From: Pachysolen tannophilus NRRL Y-2460
Taxonomy: Eukaryota
Reading direction: 5' to 3'
Length of the DNA: 64,000 nt
Assembly (NCBI GenBank): GCA_001661245.1
Contig: KV454015.1
Span: 1,042,924 to 1,106,923 of the forward strand
The notes below the pieces were generated by a model, which was not told where the DNA came from, did not search any database, and worked only from the letters and a program-made list of their open reading frames with translations. The position numbers were made by a program, and so were the translations under genes. Below are positions 57,837-64,000 of the stretch, piece by piece. Each line of letters starts with the position of its first letter. Position 1 is the first letter of the stretch.

Positions 57837-57947
57837 TCAGTATATATATTGGTCAACAAAGTTTTTCAGTTTCTACTTTTTTTTTTTGGCTCGACTTTTT
57901 TCAGTCTTTTTTTTTTTGATTATAACCACGAATAAATCAAGAGTATA

Positions 57948-58481
57948 ATGTCAAGTTTTTCGTTCGAGCATAAGAGCACAAAGTATTCTTCAAATTGTTC
58001 TGTCTACTTGGATGATGGTGACCTAAGCAAATATCTTAGGTCCGATAAAAGTTTTGATAACAGTTATTTTCTTAATTCACAGAACACGCTGCTATCTTCC
58101 GAAGAAAATTGTTCAGAAAATTCCTTATCTTTTATGACTCAAACGGAATTAGAATCAGAAGTTTTTTTCCCACAGGCTAGACAAGACTACTTTTTTGATG
58201 GTGTATTACCCAAAGTTGAAGTTCCTTCTCCACCAGTTCCCAGAAAACCAACAAACTTAATAAATTTACCTTCAAAAATTCTAGATCGTATTGCACAATA
58301 TATTTCACAGGAAGATGCAATAAATTTAGCTACAACTTGTTTCAAATTACTTGAACCTTGTAGAAAAAGAATTTTTAAAAAATTGGTTTTCCTGAATAGC
58401 GAAGAAGAGGTTAAGATCTTGAAAAAGGAAAAACATAGATATATAATTACAAGGCAGACAAAAAGATCAAATAATTATTGA
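57948..58481 (+). CDS. N-terminal F-box-containing fragment
   Basis: LINLPSKILDRIAQYISQEDAINLATTCFKLLEPCRKRIF is an F-box; the ORF ends about 30 aa later. Confidence 0.65.
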   Translation: MSSFSFEHKSTKYSSNCSVYLDDGDLSKYLRSDKSFDNSYFLNSQNTLLSSEENCSENSLSFMTQTELESEVFFPQARQDYFFDGVLPKVEVPSPPVPRKPTNLINLPSKILDRIAQYISQEDAINLATTCFKLLEPCRKRIFKKLVFLNSEEEVKILKKEKHRYIITRQTKRSNNY

Positions 58482-58822
58482 TGATGTATCGTAAATTCTT
58501 TGACATGCAGTATTGAATTTGTTTTACAAAATTTCTTTCTATTACATGATAAGAGCGCCGCAGAATATTAATATGCAACTTTGTACATAATCTTACATAT
58601 TTGTTCTTGCATGAAAAAATAAATATGTGAGACCGAATAAGACATTAAAATAGAATAGTAGACAAGTCCATACAGAGAGAGAAATTTAATTATCTAATAA
58701 CAAATTAAACAAGAAAAAAAAAAACAAAATGTAGAAAAAAACCGACAATTATAATCCTTTATAAAAACTTTATAAAATAACCTTTAGCCAAAAAACTGAA
58801 AAGAAACATAATATTACAGAAT

Positions 58823-60763
58823 CTAATCAACTTCTTCAACAGTTGGTCCATCAGCACCTGGTCCTTCAGCACCTGGAGCACCTGGGAAACCACCTGGGGC
58901 TGCACCAGCTTCAGCACCTGGAGCACCACCTGCTTGGTAGAATTTCATCATGATAGGGTTAGCAACTTGTTCTAATTCCTTTTGTTTGTCACCGAATTCT
59001 TCAGCAGTAGCAGTTTGGTTGTCATCTAACCAAGAGATAGTTTCTTCAATAGCCTTGGTTAAAGTTTCTCTTTCAGCAGCATCAACTTTTTCTTCGAAAG
59101 CCTTTTCAGAGACACTAGTCTTTAATGAATAAGAGTACGATTCCAAAGCGTTCTTGGCAGAAATTCTTGCAGCTTCTTTTTCATCTTCATCTTTGTATTT
59201 TTCAGCTTCAGCAACCATTCTTTCGATATCTTCCTTGGATAATCTACCCTTGTCATTAGTGATAGTGATCTTGTTGGTCTTACCAGTACCCTTTTCTAAA
59301 GCGGATACGTTTAAGATACCATTAGCATCGATATCAAAAGTGACTTCAATTTGTGGAACACCTCTTGGTGCTGGAGGAATACCAGATAATTCGAATTTAC
59401 CTAACAAGTTGTTATCCTTAGTTCTAGCTCTTTCACCTTCAAAGACTTGAATCAAAACACCTGGTTGGTTATCAGCATAAGTGGAGAAAGTTTCTGATTT
59501 CTTTGTTGGAATAGTAGAGTTTCTTGGAATCAATTTGGTCATGACACCACCAGCAGTTTCAATACCTAATGATAATGGAGCAACATCCAATAATAACAAA
59601 TCTTGTGTCTTTGATGAAGTATCACCTGATAAGATAGCAGCTTGAACAGCAGCACCGTAAGCAACAGCTTCATCTGGGTTAATAGATCTGTTTGGTTCTT
59701 TACCGTTGAAGAAATCTGAAACTAATTTTTGAACTTTTGGAATTCTTGTAGAACCACCAACCAAGACAATTTCATGGACTTGAGATTTATCCAATTTAGC
59801 ATCTTTTAAGACTTTTTCTACTGGATCAATAGTTGATCTAAATAAATCTTGACATAATTCTTCAAATCTAGCACGAGTGATTGAAGTGTAGAAATCAACA
59901 CCTTCGAATAAAGAATCAATTTCAATTGAGGTTTGAGCAGAAGAGGATAAAGTACGCTTAGCACGTTCACAAGCAGTTCTTAATCTTCTTAAAGCTCTTT
60001 GGTTTGAAGATAAATCTTTCTTATTCTTACGTTTGAATTCATTGATGAAATGGTTAACCAATCTGTTATCGAAATCTTCACCACCCAAATGAGTATCACC
60101 TGCAGTGGCTTTAACTTCAAAGATACCATCTTCAATTGACAATAAGGAGACATCAAAAGTACCACCACCTAAATCAAAAATTAAAACATTTTTTTCACCT
60201 TCACTTTTCTTATCAAGACCGTAAGCAATGGCAGCGGCAGTTGGTTCGTTAATGATTCTCATAACGTTTAAACCAGCAATTAAACCAGCATCTTTAGTAG
60301 CTTGTCTTTGGGAATCGTTGAAATAAGCTGGGACAGTAACAACAGCATCATTAACTTTAGTACCCAAGAAACTTTCAGCAGTTTCTTTCATCTTTGTTAA
60401 GATCATTGATGAAATTTCTTCTGGAGTGAAGATTTTGGTTTCACCTTTAAACTCAACTTGGATATTTGGTTTTCCACCTTGATCAACAACTTTAAATGGG
60501 AAATGTTTAATATCACCTTGAACTTCAGCATCAGAAAATTTTCTACCAATTAAACGTTTAGCATCAAAAACGGTATTAGCTGGGTTCATTGCAGCTTGAT
60601 TCTTAGCAGCATCACCAATTAATCTTTCACTATCTGTGAAGGCAACAAACGATGGTGTTGTTCTATTACCTTGATCATTAGCAATGATTTCAACTCTATC
60701 ATTACTGAAATGAGCGACACATGAGTACGTTGTACCTAAATCAATACCAACTGCTTTTGACAT
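58823..60763 (-). CDS. SSA1: Cytosolic Hsp70 (Ssa family)
   Basis: [17 protein letters not shown] and C-terminal GPTVEEVD; strong codon bias. Confidence 0.96.
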   Translation of the reverse strand: MSKAVGIDLGTTYSCVAHFSNDRVEIIANDQGNRTTPSFVAFTDSERLIGDAAKNQAAMNPANTVFDAKRLIGRKFSDAEVQGDIKHFPFKVVDQGGKPNIQVEFKGETKIFTPEEISSMILTKMKETAESFLGTKVNDAVVTVPAYFNDSQRQATKDAGLIAGLNVMRIINEPTAAAIAYGLDKKSEGEKNVLIFDLGGGTFDVSLLSIEDGIFEVKATAGDTHLGGEDFDNRLVNHFINEFKRKNKKDLSSNQRALRRLRTACERAKRTLSSSAQTSIEIDSLFEGVDFYTSITRARFEELCQDLFRSTIDPVEKVLKDAKLDKSQVHEIVLVGGSTRIPKVQKLVSDFFNGKEPNRSINPDEAVAYGAAVQAAILSGDTSSKTQDLLLLDVAPLSLGIETAGGVMTKLIPRNSTIPTKKSETFSTYADNQPGVLIQVFEGERARTKDNNLLGKFELSGIPPAPRGVPQIEVTFDIDANGILNVSALEKGTGKTNKITITNDKGRLSKEDIERMVAEAEKYKDEDEKEAARISAKNALESYSYSLKTSVSEKAFEEKVDAAERETLTKAIEETISWLDDNQTATAEEFGDKQKELEQVANPIMMKFYQAGGAPGAEAGAAPGGFPGAPGAEGPGADGPTVEEVD

Positions 60764-60959
60764 CTTTATAATAAATATTTATAATTATGACTTCTTTTCT
60801 ATTAAATTACTAGAAAAAGAATTGAATTGAAGATTAAGTTTCTTCTTTGGATCTATATCTTATTTATAGGCTTTCTGGATGAAAAATTCAAACTCTTAGG
60901 TTCGTCGAAAATTTTTGTGTGAACACAGTTTATCATCCCAAAGAGGAAACATAAAAATG

Positions 60960-60982
60960 TTCTATGAGCTTCCATGATATTC
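60960..60982. promoter_or_regulatory. Step-type heat shock element
   Basis: TTC-N7-TTC-N7-TTC (60960, 60970, 60980), about 200 bp upstream of the Hsp70 ATG. Confidence 0.65.
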
Positions 60983-61719
60983 CAAGCCAAAATTGATTTC
61001 CATGGCACTACTCGAAGTTGGAATCCATTTAGATGATCTCATTAGTTTATTGGAAAAGATGATGATTTGAAATTGATAATTGATTCAATATGTTATGATC
61101 AATTGATTAAATCTTTTAGATAAGATCTTCTTTTTGTTTACGGTACTTTTAATTATTTAAAAGAATAATTGTGTCTGAGTTTCCCTTTAAGGTAATCACT
61201 TAACTTTAAACTTTTCCAACCGTTTGTGGTGATGACTATTCTGCGGGCAAAAAAAATAAAAAATTAATTAAATAAATAGAAAATTGCATAAACGGATACC
61301 AATTAGGGAAGAATGAAGGGACAAAAAAAAAAAAAAAAAAAAAAAAGGGGCGGTTGTGAATGTGAATTTAATCAAAGAAAGAATAGATAGATATATTTAT
61401 CAATAGATTAAGATGGATTGTATCTACGCCGACACATAGAAATAAATTAAGCAATTAATTACTCATCAGCGAAGAACTGATTTATAGAATATGTCATATA
61501 GTGAAAAACAAAAAATAGACTAAATAGGAGTAAAAAAAATTTTCTTAAAAGAAAAAAAAAAATAAAAATAAAATAAAAGTTAAAAAAAGAGCCACACTTT
61601 CCTGAATAGGCAATCAAAAAAAAACACAAAAGAGAGAGAGAGAGATAAAGAGAGATAAAGAGAGAACTTGAACTCCAGAAGAACCAGCTTTTTATACCCA
61701 CCAACCAACTTTCTTGTAT

Positions 61720-63131
61720 CTAGTAACCGGAACCGTAGGCAGGATGAGGAATTTGCAGTTGCAGTTGCAGTTGCAGCTGCATTTGCGGTGGCTGCCGCTG
61801 GGGTTGTTGCAGTTGTGACTGGAGTCTGGTATTTCCTACTGGCGGATACCCACCGTTAAAGCTACTTTGATGTGAAGGTGGACCGGGAAACTGTTGTTGG
61901 ACTGGAGAAGGGACTTGGCCGGGGTAAACCATCTGCGGAGACAGTTGCAGTTGTTGCGGTTGTGGTTGTTGTTGTTGCTGCTGCTGCTGAGGAATTCCTG
62001 TTGGAGCAGATGAAATACGTGGCGACGCATAGGATTGTCTTGGAGGTTGCTGTTGTTGCTGCTGCTGGAATGTGTGTATCGATGCTTGATGCGGAGAGTT
62101 GGAGGCATACTGTACGGTCTGCTGTTGTGGTGGTTGGTACTGGGAAACATTTTGAGGTGCTCCTTGGATAGAGCCAGGGAATGAAGAGTGTTGTTGCTGC
62201 TTAAATGACTGTGGTACAGAAACGGTTCTTTGATTTACAGCAACATTTTGAATACTACCCTGAGAGTGACGGTTACGGTCGATATTCGTATCAGGTAGTT
62301 GTAACAGAGATGCAGACGTTCTCAGCGGTTGTTGATTGGGATATACTTGTTGATGTTGTGCAATAGGAGTTTGTGCAGGACCTGGAACGTTATTTGTATT
62401 ATTATTTTTTGGATAAGGTGCTGCGCCATTCAGTGCTGTGCCATTGTTTGTTGGATATGGCGCTGGTGGATACGTAGTTCGATTATTATTACTGATGCCG
62501 CTAATGCCGCTAATACCGTTGTTGTCGTTGTTCGTTTTATATCTATCAACGCTAACATCCATTAAATCGTTATAAATTCTTTCACTATTGACCAATTTTT
62601 CATTCAATAAAATCAAATCATCTTTTTTACTTGAATATTTTTCAATTAAATTACCTAATTTTGGCCTAAGCATTACCACATCATTATAAATTTTAAAAAT
62701 TTGCTGATTCTCTAATAAAGAATTTAATTCATCACTAGAAATCTTATTTGCCAATAATCGTGATTGGAAATTTGAAAGTAACGATAATAATTTTTCAATT
62801 TGTGTTGACTTATCCAATATTTCCTGTTCTTTTCTTAATTCTTCAACTAATTCCTCCATTGTAGGCTCTTTTAAAGGTGTCACATAGTTTAGTGGGAATA
62901 TACCAATTTGACCACGTAATGAACCTCTCCACCAATCTCTATAAACACTTTCTATAACAGTAATAACATCTCCTTTCCGGAAGGATAATTCATCAGGTTC
63001 ATATGATACTAAATCGTATAACGCACGAACACGAGAAACTGTGGCTATATTTGAACCTGAATTCTTGGTTTCACTTATTGGTACATTTTGCTGTTGTTGC
63101 TGTTGCGCCTGTTGCTGCTGAACAGGTTCAG

Positions 63132-63168
<37 letters not shown>

Positions 63169-63952
63169 GCTGTTGTTGTTATTATTGATAGTTGCTGCAG
63201 AAGAATATGGATGTCTTGAAGATTGTGCCAGGTCTTCAACTCCTTGTGGTAAAGAACCTGGATTTCTCCAAGTCTTGTGTTGTTCATATTCTTGTAAGGA
63301 CAACTTTAAAGCCATATTTAATTCTTCTTCTTCTTTCAAACGATCCATATCGGTGATTTCATGTTTCAAAGGTTTTGCTGGTTGAGTTCCACCAACACCC
63401 AGTTGATTTATTAAATCTGGCCTACTATGTTTTAAATCGGTATATGTATCTGAAATAATCCTTAAACTTGGATCTTTTGCAAACGATTGAGACAATTGAT
63501 CAATCATTTCAATGATCTTAATCTTGATCTGTTGATGGATAGTATTATCATTTATCAAACTCATCAATACATTAACAAATCTTGTAGTGGCAATTTCTTG
63601 CTTCATCTTTGAGCCGCAGTTCTCGGCAAGCGCAGTTATCAATGAAAGTGTCCTTAACAAAACATTACCATCTTTTATCTTCAATCGTTTTTCAATCGAT
63701 AATATTGCATTATGAGAACCATTTTCTGGGTCACAAGAAACTTGATCACAAGCATCTAATATATATTCCCAATTATCTGCTGTTAAAGTTTCATCCGTTG
63801 CCTTCCCTATAATTATCATCATTTATAGTTAGTAAAATAAACACACATATAGAATAAATCAAAATGATTTTTACAAAAAAATTTTAATTTAAATTAAATT
63901 ACTTACTGATTATCGGATCCAATGGATTGGGTCTTTCTGAAGATCCAAACAT
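61720..63952 (-). CDS. HSE1: ESCRT-0 subunit (VHS-UIM-SH3, Q/P-rich tail); exons 63952-63907 and 63806-61720
   Basis: Phase-1 intron GTAAGT..TACTAAC..TAG gives MFGSSERPNPLDPII|RKATDETLTADNW. UIM EEEELNMALKLSL; SH3 VRALYDL...WWRG...GIFPLNYV. Confidence 0.94.
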
Positions 63953-64000
63953 ATTCTATTCTATCTTTGATTTATATTGAATTATCAGTTATGATCAAAT

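Noticed and set aside
38240..63180. Poly-T tract (38240-38296), (CTA)n near 49550, and coding poly-Q/N/AT repeats in MIH1 and HSE1
   Set aside because: Ordinary microsatellites and low-complexity regions; no repeat-spacer organisation, so not CRISPR-like.
739..63812. Many short antisense or alternative-frame ORFs overlapping real genes (e.g. 739-1122, 5728-6165, 43022-43393, 54455-54793)
   Set aside because: Shadow ORFs with no recognisable motifs, many starting at non-ATG codons.

Overview
AT-rich (roughly 30% GC by eye) budding-yeast (Saccharomycotina) chromosomal segment with three scaffold gaps, about 32 protein-coding loci and ten introns that can be modelled (GTAnGT/GTGnGT donor, TACTAAC-type branch point, YAG acceptor). 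Several blocks follow S. cerevisiae gene order: RRG1-RPS13-AIM7, EMP65-COX15, LSM2-RRN10-NCL1-RFT1, SAP1-CAJ1-TPA1, and HIF1-POM33-SSA. CTG codons fall at positions where homologues have Ala, so the organism probably uses the CUG=Ala code (Pachysolen-like; Ser not fully excluded) and the supplied ORF track would then mistranslate them. Highlights: (1) a four-gene candidate nitrogen-scavenging cluster (DUR3, a PYD3-like carbamoylase, a second DUR3-family permease and a type II-like flavin monooxygenase) whose promoters share a motif; (2) an F-box gene apparently split by a ~600-bp inversion; (3) a bacterial-type flavodoxin inside a syntenic block, downstream of six Yap1-type sites; (4) a highly structured RPS13 intron with a sequestered non-consensus donor; (5) an unexplained structured element between RFT1 and SAP1. 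No tRNA, rRNA, transposon or CRISPR array was recognised. Homologue sequences are quoted from memory, not from searches.
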